From Phoronis australis (Eukaryota > Animalia > Phoronida), in assembly GCA_002633005.1 (NCBI GenBank), contig NMRA01000285.1, positions 159,230-223,229 of the forward strand: a stretch of DNA of 64,000 nucleotides. The letters are read 5' to 3'. Shown here in pieces: positions 27,201-39,166 of this stretch (position 1 is its first letter; each line of letters opens with the position of its first letter). The notes beneath the pieces were generated by a model that was given only the letters and a program-made list of their open reading frames with translations, ran no database searches and was not told where the DNA came from. The position numbers and the translations under genes were made by a program.

Positions 27201-30200
27201 ATTGTCAACCTTTAGAAAAGTAATCACGCTGAAGCTGCCTTGTGCCTGGTTCACTCTGCTGGTCTAGTGGCTGAGTACCTCAACATGTTGGAGGACAGAC
27301 CGCACTTGCCTGTTGGATGTGTAGTGTTTCAGGTGAGACCACAGGGTGTTTCACTCAGTAAGAGCATACATGTAAACTGAATGTCATTGAACTTCACAGT
27401 GTTATCTTGTGTTACAAAAGTTTCGAAGTGGGATAATTTGGGTATGTCTGTTTTTGGCATTTTTGTTTAATATTGAATATTTCAGGGTGTGATCAATATC
27501 GAGTCTGTCGTTGTGTTTGCTCAGTGAAGTTGATCGCTGTGTTAATTCATTGAAGTTGGTCATCCTCCTGTGCTTGCAAAGTGAAATAAAGTACAAAATT
27601 GTTTAATGAGTTAATAATGCTGTGGTTTGTGTATTTGACAGATCATATTGTAAGTAAAAATAACTCAAAAGCCATTGACTTGCTTTTTGTCGACCAGCTA
27701 CATAACTCTTGTACAAATTTTAAAGTAGTCAGAGTTATTTTTTTACAGAAAGTCTCGTTCAACGTGCTTGAAGAAAGTGCCGTATCAGATGATGTTGTCT
27801 CCCCTGATGAGGAGGGCATCTGCACTGGAAAGTTCTTCACAGAGATTGGCCTTGTGGGTCTGCTGGAGCAAGCGGCGGCCATGTTTAGTACGGTGAGTGT
27901 TGCTTGTGGTTAGGTGGAGACGAAAGTGGGACTCAGTGTGATACTGTCTTTTTAACTACATCACAAACAAATATTCAGGTGCAGCTTGTTTCGGTGTTAA
28001 GAGTGTGTTCACTTCCTAAGTTTCTGCCAATTAAATGTCTCATCTAGGGTTGCTGATTGAGTATGAAACACCATGGGGAAAATTATTCTTAAGATGTTTT
28101 TATCGGCATCGCCTGTAACAGTGTCATCTTTTTAAGGTTGGCAGCACTGTTTGAGGATTTCCTTGCAGAATTAAATTTTGACATGTTTCGGCCTCTTAAC
28201 AAGCATAAAAGTTGCTGAACCCAAATTTGGGAACAAAATAATACTCCAAATTCAAATTAAAATGATATATTGTATGCTATGCATTGAAACAAATCATGAT
28301 CTTTTCCAAGTACAAAGCATTCCCAAAGCATTCCCAAAGCATTCCCTAAGCATTCCCAAAGCATTCCCTAAGCATTCCCAAAGCATTCCCTAAGCATTCC
28401 CAAAGCATTCCCTAAGCATTCCCAAAGCATTCCCAAAGCATTCCCTAAGCATTCCCAAAGCATTCCCTAAGCATTCCCAAAGCATTCCCAAAGCATTCCC
28501 TAAGAGCGATATTGCAAAAAAGTGTAATCACTGTCCTACAAAAGTCTGAAATATTTGACAATCAAATACCAGCAGTAGAGTGACGTGTTTATTAAAAAAT
28601 TTCAAATCTTTTTGAAAACTCTCGTAAAATGTTGTCTGATTTCAATTTCATTAAAGTAATTTGAAACCATCAACTTAAATGGTAATCTCAATGTACTACT
28701 GTTGTGTCATAATTTCAATTAACAATTACTAGAGGGCACTACTTTCACATGTTAACAACTCGGTCATTTTGTATTCCTGTGCTAGCAAGCTGTTCTTCAT
28801 GTTTGTTTTTACATTGAGTGTTTGTCATGTATTGTGCATTTATATGTCACTAGGCTGGACTGTTTGAGGCAGTGAATGAGGTGTATAAAGTCCTACTTCC
28901 TGTACATGAATACAATCGAGACTTCAAGAAGCTGGCCGTCATTCATGGCAAACTGCAAGATGCTTTCAATAATGTCATTAAACAGGTTTGTGCAATTCTA
29001 TGTTGAAAGTGTTGGTCCATTTCCTTTTGTTTCGGCACATCTGGAGTCGATGCAACTTTATTGTATAAAATGGGATTTTTATGTTTAGTCCCAAAGCGGT
29101 ACATGATAAAAGTGCATAAAAATATATGTAATTGCCATTGGAATATTAATGTTCTGTCTTAAGAAATGGCTTCAGTCAAATAATTGTTGTCAACCTGTTG
29201 CCTTATGATGGGAATTCTTTTAACGCTGTTTTGTTATTGGCAAATAAAAATTCTGTGTTCAATCACTACAAAATTTGCGTATCAACCTAACACAGGCTGG
29301 TGGTAACATTAAGCAGTGTGAGGTAATGCTGTGCATTAGTGAGAGAGCTGACACATTGGTGTGTCACGGCACATTTGTATATTTTGCTTGTAAATAGTAT
29401 ATTAAACTCTTTCATATAATGGTGTTTGACAGCAATTTTAAAAGCCTCTATTTACCCATTTTCTGTCAAAATATTAGTGTGACCACTTGCCACAAGACTG
29501 GTCTCAGCTTGCATGTTACTTAGACACGTGAAGGCGGGCCTAAAGCGGCTTTAAAAAGAAAAAGTCAAAGACAGCCTCCTCCTTCTGACTGACTGTGTAC
29601 CAGTGTACTTTAGTCTTCCAAAACATTGTGCACTTGCTAAATGTTGACTATTTCTCCATACTACAGGAGGGAAAACGAATCTTTGCTACGTATTTCCGTG
29701 TTGGATTCTATGGCAGCAAGTTTGGAGACCTGGACGGCGAGGAGTTCATCTACAAAGAACAGTCTATTACCAAGTTGTCTGAAATATCACATAGGCTGGA
29801 GGTGAACAGTTTACCTGAAATAATGTCTGGTACTAAATGGAAGTTCTAACTGTCTTGTGCATTATGAATTTATGCACTATGCGTTATGTAGCTATTCACT
29901 GAATGTTCTTGTTACAGATTGAGATACGTCTCATGTTCTCATGCTTCTTATGACTTCTGAAACATTTTAAGGCTGATAGGAACCTAAAGTGAGAATGTCG
30001 CCGTCAGTGAGAGCACTGCTTTCCAACATGGCCACCCATTGGTGCAGTTGTTGAAGATTCCATACAACTCATTACAATACAGTGCAAAATCATGTGAAAC
30101 ATGAGATGAACATTAATTTGGTGACTTCATAAAAATCCATTGAACAAACCTGTCATATCTAAAATGTGTATAGTGATGTAGTCTTTCTGCTGTAATGTTG

Positions 30201-33200
30201 CAAAATCCACCGTTCTCATTAGAGGTGATACTTAATTCAGGGTTTTTATGGTGACCGCTTTGGCCACGAGTTTGTGGAGATTGTGAAAGACTCCAACACA
30301 GTCGAGAAGAAGAAGTTAGTTCCAGAGAAGGCATACATACAGATTACGTATGTGGAGCCGTACTTTGATGCCTACGAGTTGAGGGAGCGCTTTACGTACT
30401 TTGACAAAAACTATAACATAAGTGAGTACAATGGATCTATGCCTGCTGATAATGACTTCAATTTTCAATTCTTGTTCGTCTTGATAACTCGAGTGCTCAA
30501 TAGCTTTGAGTAGAAAACAAAGCTTGAAGAGAGGAGATTGACATTAAATTTTTAAATTGTTCTTTCCCGTAGTATGCTCAAGTTGCATTCCCTTGCTGTT
30601 TTATTTGATAGAATGTGTTTATTTGAGGCTCAAGGGCATAAATGCCAAAACTGTACTCCGTGTCTGTTACAGAACGTTTCATGTATGCGACCCCATTCAC
30701 TATGGATGGGCGCGCTCACGGGGAACTGCAGGATCAATACAAGCGTAAGACTATACTTACCACGGAGAGGTCGTTCCCGTACATCAAGACGAGAATCAGC
30801 GTTATCAAGAGAGAACAGGTAGCAAGTCATTCACTGAAGGTGTCACTACTGTTGCAGGAGGTAGAAAGAGAATTGTTGAAGGCTACATATGACCATTTAC
30901 ACTCATGTCTGTCTAATTATCTGTATTCGATGAAAATGGATAATATCTGATGAGATGTAATGTGCTTTAAATTCACTATCAATCTGTTGATTTTAGTAAC
31001 TGAAATAATGCAAAGTGAGCATAACGTTGGTCACACTTGTGCATTAAATTATTAATAAAAAAACACGATTGTGTTGATCAAATGTAAAGGAAAGCATTGC
31101 AGTTTTTAATGTGATGTTTGCACAGGTATTCGTGACATCTCTGTACTGCTTTGCTTTCGTGTATAGAATCAGCCAATGTGAATGTATAGATAAGTCCGTA
31201 GTTAAAACAGTTATCCAGTGCACTTTATTCTCCTAGTATGTACACATGAAGGTACAAAAATACATTGTTTCAGATCATTCTCTCACCCATCGAGGTGGCA
31301 ATAGAAGATGTGCAGAAGAAGACACGTGAACTGGCGTTCGCTCTGATGCAAGAGCCGCCCGACCCCAAAATGTTACAGATGGTGCTGCAAGGATGTATAG
31401 GGACCACCGTGAATCAGGTGAGCACTGCCAACGTGTGTTAAGCATTTGTTACACGCAGATGGCCTGTCTAAAGGTTATGTAGGACCCTAGAAAAAATTTA
31501 AAATTTGACAAAATTTGAAACATCATATCTCAGAAATGGCTGATTGGGTTCATAATGAAATTTTCAGCTACTATGTTTTATGCACTGTTCTCAAAAATGC
31601 TGGTAATTTTTATGTGCCCACATATTTATACGGATTTTCATGAAATTCGGTATGTAGGCACCTGTTAGTGAGATGATGCTATCCTTCCGTTTTCGGATAG
31701 ATTCGATGTAGTTTGCGCCACCTAGTGGTCATTTTTACTGTTTTCGAGTCTGTTTGTTGCATCCACCCCTCTATCAACCAAACTGCTCAAAGGATGATTG
31801 TGAAAATTGGCATGTATGTGCTTACTATAAAGAGGACGGTTGACGATGATTTTCCGACGATTTTGACTACTGTGGCACCTCCTAGTGGCAGTTTTGTTTT
31901 TGTCCTAAACCGTTCGCAGGATCTTTACTTAATTTAGCAAGTGTATTTATATGATGTTGACTACGGATGACGACTTTCGGACAGATGTGACTACTGCTGT
32001 GCCCCCTAGTGGCAATTTTAATTTCTTTACGTTTAACTCGAATCAGTATCTTCAAAGGTCCTCAACAGATTTTCATAAAATTTCAAATATGGTCATCTAT
32101 TGGTGTGATGATGCTATCTTCCTGTTTTTGGATGGAATCGAGGTATTTTGCACCACCTAGTGGCCATTTTTTGCTGTTTTCAAATCTTGTTTTTGGTGTC
32201 CACCCCTGTATCAACGAAGTCATTTGAAAATTGGCATATATGTTCTCAGTGTGAAGATGACCTTTGATGTGGTGACTGACTACTGTGGCGCCTCCTAGTG
32301 GTAGTTTTGTTTCGCACCCAAAGTTGTATCTCCTAAACCCACTGCAGGATCTTTACTAAATTTAGTAAGTGTATTTATATGAAGATAACAACAGACGACG
32401 ACGACTTTCAGGCGGATCCAATGGACACTGTGCCCACTAGTGGCAATTTCATTTTATTCAGTTTTCGTTTGTTTCTCTGAAGTTCCTTGACAGATTTTTA
32501 TGAAATATGGCATGTTCCTGTTTTTGAATGGATTGTATGTTTTTGCGCCATCTAGTGGCCATTTTTATGATACAAATAAATAACCCTAAAAGCACACCAT
32601 TTGCAATGCATTCAAGGGCACATTTCAACGGTTTGCGTTGCTCTTGTTTTAAAATGTTCCAATTTTGCACAGAACAAAACGAAATCATGATACTTTAGAA
32701 AACTGTAACTGTTACACAATTTTTGAGATCTCACCTTGAACATTAATATCATGTTATTGACACCATTGTTTTTCCCTAAATTTTACTAACAATACTGGGT
32801 CACGTCACCCAATTAATGGCAGATTGTTAAAAAGTCAAAAACCAAATTCTACAGGCTTTCTACTTCTAGTAAGTGTATACTTTTGCCGAGTTCACATAGT
32901 TTTGGCAAAATACAGACTTGTCAGTCAAGTCCTTCATAACGCATATTTATGAAACCAGCTGGAGATGGCAGACATGTGTAGTTTTGGCCAGAGATATGCC
33001 TTGAAAGCGATGCCCTCCACTGGGATCACACTTTGGTTTTACAATGTTTAGTCAGTTACAACTCGCTTCCCTTGGAGATGGTTTTGAGAACTACTTCACA
33101 TGCCACGGCGTTTAAGAATGAGATTTATTGTCTTGATTTTTAGACAGAAATTTCTGACTGCTGATTCGCTCTGTTGTTTACGAGGCCGTGGTGGACTTGA

Positions 33201-34368
33201 GGGTTATTGTGGCCTGGTGAAACATTCCACTTAAAAGGCATGTTCTCCTTAGGGTCCTATCTCATTACTCACTAGCGAAAACAGTTTCTGTGGCTGAAGT
33301 CAGTTTTTCAATGATTAAAATCATGCTGTCTGTGCACGAGTTTCCAAGTTTGTTTCAATTTAAAGTTTTCTTCAAGGCCAAAATACTCTTTTGTGCAATT
33401 TTTTGAGTATGAGTATTCTATTTGTTTGCAGGGTCCACTAGAGGTCGCTCAAGTGTTTCTGTCTGCTATTGCGGATGGCAGCAGTCCTCCCACTAAGCAT
33501 CACAATAAGCTAAGGCTGTGCTTCAAGGACTTCCTGAAAAAGTAGGCAAAGAATGACACTTGTTCACTGGGTTGTGTCAATGCTGATGAATAATTATATC
33601 TTTGCAACGATAATGCAATTATTGGCATAAGAGCTTAAAATGGGATGAAAGTAGATTGATTTTACAAGTGATAAGTAAAACGATGTCATGGTTCCTTAAA
33701 TGTTTGTGCCTTCACAATGTATAATTAGAAATATGTGAATGTCTGTTTCCATCTCGGGTCTAATCTTGTCTTTATTATCTCTGTCTTAGAGGCCAACAAA
33801 ACAATCACAATATAAAATTATTGACTTCTTTAAAAGTGAAAAACACCCGCTTTTGATATTTTTGATGGAAAATGACAACTTTTCAACCAAATCCTTGACT
33901 AGTATGAATCTGTCAAATTGGGCTCAATGTACCTTTTTTATACGATGTTTAAAAATGTGAAGAACTGAAGACAGTGTGGTGGTACCTGGGACTAACTCAA
34001 GGATCAACAAATAGTGAAAGCATTTTATGCATTGAAACCAGTATGGCAGATAGATATAGACTGAGGTTGGTTCCTCGTCCAGACACCAGGTGCAGTTATT
34101 GTTACATGATGTCGGTGGTACTTAGCTTTTATAAATTGGGGCTTCCTTTTATGTGGCTGTCTTGTCCATTGTTAATCACACTAACACTGTGTCATTGTGC
34201 ATCTCCAGATGTAGTGATGCCCTACATAAAAACAAGACACTTATCCACGCTGATCAGCGAGAGTACCAACGAGAACTGGAAAGGAACTACCATAGTCACC
34301 GGGAGAAACTGATGCCACTGATCACCAACAATGCAGCCACCCTTAGAAGGCCCAAGAGCAAAAAGTAA
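230..34368 (+). CDS. DOCK7: Dedicator of cytokinesis DOCK-C family GEF (DOCK7-like, DOCK6/7/8 co-orthologue), multi-exon, 5' end upstream of window
   Basis: GT-AG exons with consistent phases: 230-405, 1462-1533, 2441-2567, 3176-3388, 4249-4401, 4946-5095 (duplicate 5968-6117), 6699-6764, 7429-7600, 7899-8067, 8385-8515, 8949-9111, 9994-10111, 10654-10724, 11029-11173, 11455-11562, 11970-12056, 12862-13078, 13987-14139, 14643-14801, 16746-16828, 17621-17716, 17907-18047, 18384-18497, 18987-19285, 20779-21097, 21774-21950, 22412-22562, 22890-22989, 23578-23677, 24558-24692, 25166-25318, 25657-25815, 26611-26787, 27216-27332, 27749-27892, 28854-28985, 29667-29801, 30241-30421, 30673-30818, 31274-31417, 33432-33541, 34209-34364/34368. 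Family peptides recognised: [79 protein letters not shown]. Confidence 0.95.
518..748. repeat. CA-rich compound microsatellite
   Basis: (ACAAGCACACAC/ACAAGCGC)n; produces the spurious ORFs at 273-843. Confidence 0.95.
2062..2348. mobile_element. MITE with ~35-bp terminal inverted repeats
   Basis: caggtctgttgcatgaaactgacttaagacttaagac pairs with gtcgtaagtctttaagtcatttttcatgaaacgaactcctg; a partial second copy is at 46428-46620. Confidence 0.7.
3389..4248 (+). other. Probable U12-type (minor spliceosome) GT-AG intron
   Basis: 5' end reads GTATCCTTT. A U12-branch-like TATCTTAAT at 4220-4228 lies about 20 nt before the AG, and there is no clear polypyrimidine tract. Confidence 0.7.
4589..6640 (+). 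repeat. ~1.02-kb near-identical direct duplication joined at a single N (5610)
   Basis: 4589-5609 versus 5611-6640 differ by a few SNPs and one small indel; includes a DOCK exon. Confidence 0.9.
4742..4950 (+). repeat. Five degenerate ~42-bp units, each a copy of the 3' splice site
   Basis: tactgaac...gtgttt(c/t)AG|at, with AG ending at 4775, 4817, 4860, 4906 and 4945 (the real acceptor). Confidence 0.85.
6529..6645. repeat. 23-bp minisatellite (also 5515-5609)
   Basis: gccagttgccttgtatatgcttg, about 5 copies. Confidence 0.95.
7069..7268. repeat. 28-bp minisatellite
   Basis: ggaacattgagtgtttcaggcat(g/t)ggtt, about 7 copies. Confidence 0.95.
9410..9570. repeat. 24-bp minisatellite
   Basis: ggtttggtccatggtctgatctgt, about 6.5 degenerate copies. 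Confidence 0.9.
9994..12056 (+). CDS. DOCK7: DOCK exons encoding the DHR-1 (C2-DOCK) phosphoinositide-binding domain
   Basis: Exons 9994-10111, 10654-10724, 11029-11173, 11455-11562 and 11970-12056 encode [17 protein letters not shown]...[13 protein letters not shown]...[12 protein letters not shown]...MKWVDNHK. Confidence 0.9.
15467..15493 (+). CDS. DOCK7: Candidate 27-nt microexon of DOCK gene (EEYDEFDET)
   Basis: tttttgcttaccaAG|aggaatatgacgagtttgatgaaacag|GTatca; phase 1-1, matching flanking exons 14643-14801 and 16746-16828. Confidence 0.55.
15853..16034. mobile_element. Foldback/MITE-like element with tRNA-like (B-box) core
   Basis: Arms 15853-15916 and 15974-16034 are imperfect reverse complements; the loop contains gagactcgaaccc, the reverse complement of a B box. 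Confidence 0.6.
21083..21431 (+). repeat. 53-bp minisatellite whose unit is the exon end plus 5' splice site
   Basis: gatcatgca(g/t)ctaag|GTaggcggagttattgc(a/g)atgcatgttgtcattcatt(a/g); units start at 21083, 21136, 21189, 21242, 21295, 21348 and 21401. Confidence 0.95.
23470..23597 (+). repeat. Tandem duplication of a 3' splice site and exon start
   Basis: cttgctgcgagtagta...ctctgatAG|ac(a/g)aacagtcctggagcctc occurs twice; the AGs end at 23515 and 23577. Confidence 0.9.
23706..23910. mobile_element. Second copy of foldback element with tRNA-like core
   Basis: Arms 23706-23779 and 23838-23910 are inverted and share gtgaccta...aag.ctgaaaa with the 15853 copy; the loop has gggtccgagccc. Confidence 0.6.
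26611..34364 (+). CDS. DOCK7: DOCK exons encoding the DHR-2 (DOCKER) catalytic GEF domain
   Basis: [49 protein letters not shown], and [17 protein letters not shown] containing the nucleotide-sensor Val. Confidence 0.9.
28314..28504. repeat. 11-bp minisatellite
   Basis: aagcattccc(a/t), about 17 copies. Confidence 0.95.
31607..32650 (+). mobile_element. Non-autonomous Helentron/HINE (DINE-1-like) element with internal ~140-bp repeats
   Basis: Starts TTTTTATGTGCCCAC and ends GGGCACAT + hairpin caacggtttgcgttg + ctcttgttt; homologous to 46620-47205 and 62292-63012. Confidence 0.7.
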
Positions 34369-34876
34369 GACCACATTTACAATTGCAAATAATTGAGATA
34401 CTACCCATGCCATATTGTTGCATGAAAATATAAAAGATTCTTTTTTAAGTAAAAAACAACCTTTGATGCATTGCTGTGCACTGTTATCTTTGTGGATATA
34501 TCTTCACATTTTTGGCATTTTTTCAAATCATTTAAAGGGGATTTACCGGTGTTTGGACACCGATGCCTTGTGGAGACTTCTTGTCTGCTTTATTTGTCGT
34601 AAACAACTTGTAGAACTTGAATGATCTTTTGTTGCAAAAATCTGGATGTGTTGATGCAGGTCGTATTAGGTGTGAAATCCGACGAGTTCTGTTCAGCACC
34701 TTGTTCTAGCTTATTTCAAAGCTTTACGAAAAATGTTGACATATACTTGGGTCAACAAACCAGCTCAGATCAAGCATTCTTCCACCCTTACCATCACCAT
34801 GACAACTGTTGTCATTACCAGCATCGTTTTCTTTATGTTCTCACAAGCTGTGGTTCTTTTCTCTTTTGTGATTCAG

Positions 34877-34928
34877 TTCTAACAAAGTCAGTTCTTTTCC
34901 CATTAAGTACTCTATGCATCATGTCTGA
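34877..34928 (+). CDS. DOCK7: Candidate proximal alternative last exon of DOCK gene (NSNKVSSFPIKYSMHHV*)
   Basis: Pyrimidine tract ttcttttctcttttgtgattcAG; phase 2 fits the donor after 34364; UTR-like sequence with AATAAA follows. Confidence 0.35.
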
Positions 34929-35851
34929 GGGAAGGCATCAGTTGCACATGTTTGATACTGAGTAGCACATGCTTGGTACACAGTATCCAATCTGCCTGTA
35001 CACTACAACTGGAAACATGTGTCATTAACGGGTAAGGAATGGCGCTTGCAAAATGGAAATGTAGCAAATGAGACAAGAACTACAGCTCATCCGAAGAGAG
35101 ATGAATGAGAACAAATCATGGTTTTAATGAGAAAGCTCTTATTGTTCATGGACGAGAAAGATTGACTCCCCAACATGTGCAATGTTTCAATGCTAAACTT
35201 GTCAAATAGATTTGATCGTCTTAATGTCCGATTATCTCTGAAAAGGTGAGAGTTCTTTGCATTGCTTTAGCCTCTGCTTAAGGTGGCCAAGTTATGCTGG
35301 CTTGATTGTGGCAGATCCTGTTTTGCAGCTTTGCTGGCTGTCTTGGCATTTGGCATTTGCTAAACTAGTCTCCTCAAAACTCCCAAATCTTCTCACTAAT
35401 AAACAATAATATCTCAGAGCTTGTATTCTCTGATGAATTGCTGTTACACGGGGAAGCCATCCTGTTGGTCAAGTTGTATGCACAGTTCTACCATGGGCCT
35501 GTATAAGTGTACACAAGACCCACGTTTTCTCTATTGGGATCGTGGTTAGATGTGTGATCTGCTAAGAATTAGTTTCCATTTTGAATTGGGTTCACACAGT
35601 TAAACAAAATTTGGCATACAAGTGCACACAAGTCATGCTGTATGTTATGAGTGGAAAGCATCTAGTTAGCTACTTTTAATTAGTTTATTTATACGATTTG
35701 TAGGGCCGCTTAGGAATTTTAATAGTATGGTTAATTTCTGATAATGTTTCAAAGCAACATATTTGATGAAATTTTGTACAATGTAGGGAAAGAAATTTGT
35801 ACCATGTTGGGAAAGAAGTTTGTTTGGTTTAGGGCCTATTCAGCAAACAGT

Positions 35852-35867
35852 AGCGCCCCCTGGTGAG
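35852..35867 (-). promoter_or_regulatory. Isolated strong CTCF-like motif
   Basis: Reverse complement reads CTCACCAGGGGGCGCT, close to the CTCF core consensus. Confidence 0.4.
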
Positions 35868-37847
35868 GCTCTTTAGATTTGCTCTGTTTTCGACTATATT
35901 CAAAATGGCCTGATATAAACTATTGTTGGTTAACAGATAATTCTGTTCAAACTGTCTCTGGCTGTTTTCAGCCATTCCTGTTGAGGCTCTACACAATGTT
36001 TATTCAGCCTTTCCAAATCTGACTTCTCCTGTTGTGCATGACTGTTCTTGAACAATTCTATTAAGAGAAAATTATTTTGTTCAACTTAATATATAATTGA
36101 TGATAATGATTTACAATATGTTGCATAGCATGTAAGAAAGTTACTGTTGAAAATGATGTTGACACGATATCCTAAGCTATGAGATAGCTAAACTTTTTCA
36201 GGTGTAACATGACGTTCAATTCCTAAATGAAACTAGAAATCAAGAATTTGTTCTCACTGTTTTCGCTAATTTTGACTCAAGCTCTGTCATGGCTTATAAA
36301 TAAAAATTACAAATACTCAAATAATGAAAAATTATTTTATGCTTCCTATTTTTTATTCCACTTAAAAATGTTGTCCAAATTCAAAAGCTGCCACATTTTA
36401 AGTACTTTAGAATAGTATGGGGTGTTACTTCTGTGGTTGGAAGCAGTGTTTAACATTTCTGAGTTCTTGAAGACAACAAAATTAACTTTTTGCTGCTAAC
36501 ACAAAGCTGTCAATCAAGAGTGTTACTCACTGAAAGAATGCATGGTGTCTACATTTTCTGATCTTGGTTGCAAAGTTTCTGCATGATGTTTAATTAAAAG
36601 TTATATTGAGCTCTGTTACACACAATGGCGTGTGTCGAATGGTTTTGTTCTTCAATTGTGCACACTTTACAAAAAATAAGTCGTGAAATAAAGCAACTAT
36701 AGTTGTCAGGTTTTCTATGGTTTTACTGTGGTCAAAGTGTGGTCGGTAAAACTCTGAGTTGATTTCTTATTTTGTTACTGTTATGTACTTTGAAGTTGGC
36801 CATTTTTGACCCACCAATGTAGCGCTCAATATAACTAAATGGTCACCCTTATGAAATTGGTCTCAAATTGTCCCTAAGGGGTGGTTTATTGGCTTTGAAA
36901 GAACTGACAGTTTGTTATTGCTCTTGACCTGCCTCTACAAGATGGCTTGCTATGGCGAGTCATTTTATGCTCCAAGCATGACAAGCAACAACGAACTGCC
37001 ATTTTTTCCATGCTCACTAAGACTTTAGAGCAAGTGGAGATAAGTTTCCTAAGGCATCTTAATCTAGCATTCTTGAATGGGGTGTGGTTTATAGCTGCTT
37101 TAGGTATAAGTTGGGTTGTGAGGAATTCGATACTGTTTTTAAACAACACTTTAAAAAGTGTTGTCACTTTGTTAAGTCAAGTGTTCCCAACTCCATGCTA
37201 ATAGTCAAAACCCAAATTAAATTCTTGTCTTTTTAGAAGTAGATTGTCCTAATTTTTGAAAGTTTGCCTAATGTTTTTGAGTTGAGATGGACACTAAAAG
37301 AATAATGTTAACTTTACACTCTTCCTGTTTATCATTATCTCTGAGCATTGCAGGTGCATTGCAGGTGCACTTGAAAACTCAACGTGCATTGAAATGAACA
37401 TTTTGGTGTAAATTACAGTTATCACAGCAAGATTTTATCATATTAGTGTGCAACATGATTGTGTGTAAATACAGCAGAATGAATGGTGTTGTGCTATTTC
37501 GAGATGTGACTGTTAAGCCGCATTTATTTTCTGGGTTGGTGTTTTATCCACTCTTTTATTATACTTCAGTCTTGGGAAAGAGTAGATTGTGTGGAGTTGT
37601 AAGGCCAAGTGTAGTTATTCTGTTTTGTGGTGTAGTGGGTACTTTTGCTTGCTGAGTCCATTTCCTTTAGTATCACCATCATTCAATGGTTGAAATGGCC
37701 AAGCTGATCTTGTCAGTCAATTCCAATATTTAGTTGAAGTATGTGTTGTCACCTCAACATTCCTGACCACGACACTTTATGTTCACATACAATTATGCAC
37801 ACGTCACGTCTGTTAATTCTAGCTCTCTCTCTCTCTCCTCTGTCCAG

Positions 37848-37856
37848 GTATCGCCG
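37848..37856 (+). CDS. DOCK7: Candidate 9-nt microexon of DOCK gene
   Basis: ctctctctctctctcctctgtccAG|gtatcgccg|GTGAGT; strong tract and consensus donor; frame-preserving in phase 2 (K-Y-R-R). Confidence 0.55.
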
Positions 37857-38610
37857 GTGAGTTTATATTGTCTAGTACCTTCATGTCAGTTACTGTCACT
37901 TTGGCTTTCAGACACTCTGTTCACTTTCTATAGCGTGCTCACTACCCACCTGTGTTCTCTCCTTGAACTGCTCTGCTGGTGAAGGAAGGTCACTAGTTAT
38001 GACCTCTTTGCAGTCTGTCACACCAAACTAGTTCACAAAGCTTGCGAGCTTGTCTTAAAGATGCTGTCTCATTAAATTATGAATATGCTAATGAAGTACT
38101 AGTTTACAAACAACCCCGGGTCTTCTGGTGTGCCCGAAACCATCCAAGAACTAGTTACCATAGATTGCATTCTCGCAAAAATCTCATTTTTGGAGACTAT
38201 TTTTATGTTAACGAGTGTGGTAATGTTTTATTGTTACCCTAATGAAACAAGGTACTGTTTTCATCATTTGTTTATTTCACTATCAAATAACGAATGTTTA
38301 ATATTTGGAATTACTATGGTTTTCATATGTTCACACTAGTCTTGTTTTTAAGTGTATCAGTTGAGGTGTTTTCTTTAAAACCTAAAACCGCAACTTATTT
38401 ACAAATTGTTTCTTTCCTGATTATACTTGTACACACAGTTCTCCAAGTCAATAGGTGGCGCTTGTTACAAATTTAAATATTCACAATTTTAATGACACAC
38501 AGCATCTTTAACATATTGATGGAGGAAGATAGGAATGGGGCAGTAACAAGAGACTACTCTTTGTTGGTTTTGACTTGTTTGCTTTCAAGATCACACTGAA
38601 AACTATCTTA

Positions 38611-39098
38611 AGACCCTTTCATATTGACTTAACTCTGGTCTGAGTGTCGACGTAAATAGCGCAGTTAACTGGACCGTTCATACGAGCTTCGGTAGTTAAT
38701 GAAAATCGAAGTAAACAGTTGGTGACGCTGTCGTCATCGGAGTTATCGCAAGGTAGCGCTGCACGCTAAGCTTTTTTTTCAAAGAGACAATTTGTCAATG
38801 GGAACCTTTACATGTGCTAAATGATATTAAACTTATTTTTAAATCGACTAGTTGTTATTAGCGCAAAATATAAGCAGCTATTAGTGACGACACTACCCTG
38901 TAACTGTTGACGATAACTGTGGCACCTGGCAGTAACTTCGATTGGACTGAAGCAACATCGACGCTGCGCTATTAAATCCACCTGTTAACTGCGATGTTAA
39001 CTGGATCTGTTCATTGCGATCCAGGAGCGGAGTTAAGCGTTCATACTGACTGCAACTCCCCAAACCATCGACGCGTTGACGTTAGTATGAAAGGCCCT
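38611..39098. mobile_element. PIF/Harbinger-like MITE
   Basis: TIRs agaccctttcatattgac / gttagtatgaaaggccct, TTA on the left flank, CpG-rich interior. Confidence 0.55.
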
Positions 39099-39166
39099 TT
39101 TGTGTGACAAGGCTCGAGTCTTTGATTGACTGACAACAAAAATTTATATCGTATTTTATACCACAG

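Noticed and set aside
31713-32688. Short ORFs sharing PPSG / TDDDF peptides (also 46693-47109 and 62250-62636)
   Set aside because: They reflect internal DNA repeats of the non-autonomous element, and frames are not conserved between copies
230-34368. Nested antisense angiopoietin-like gene, as in vertebrate DOCK7/ANGPTL3 and DOCK6/ANGPTL8
   Set aside because: Introns are short and I found no minus-strand coiled-coil or fibrinogen-like exons
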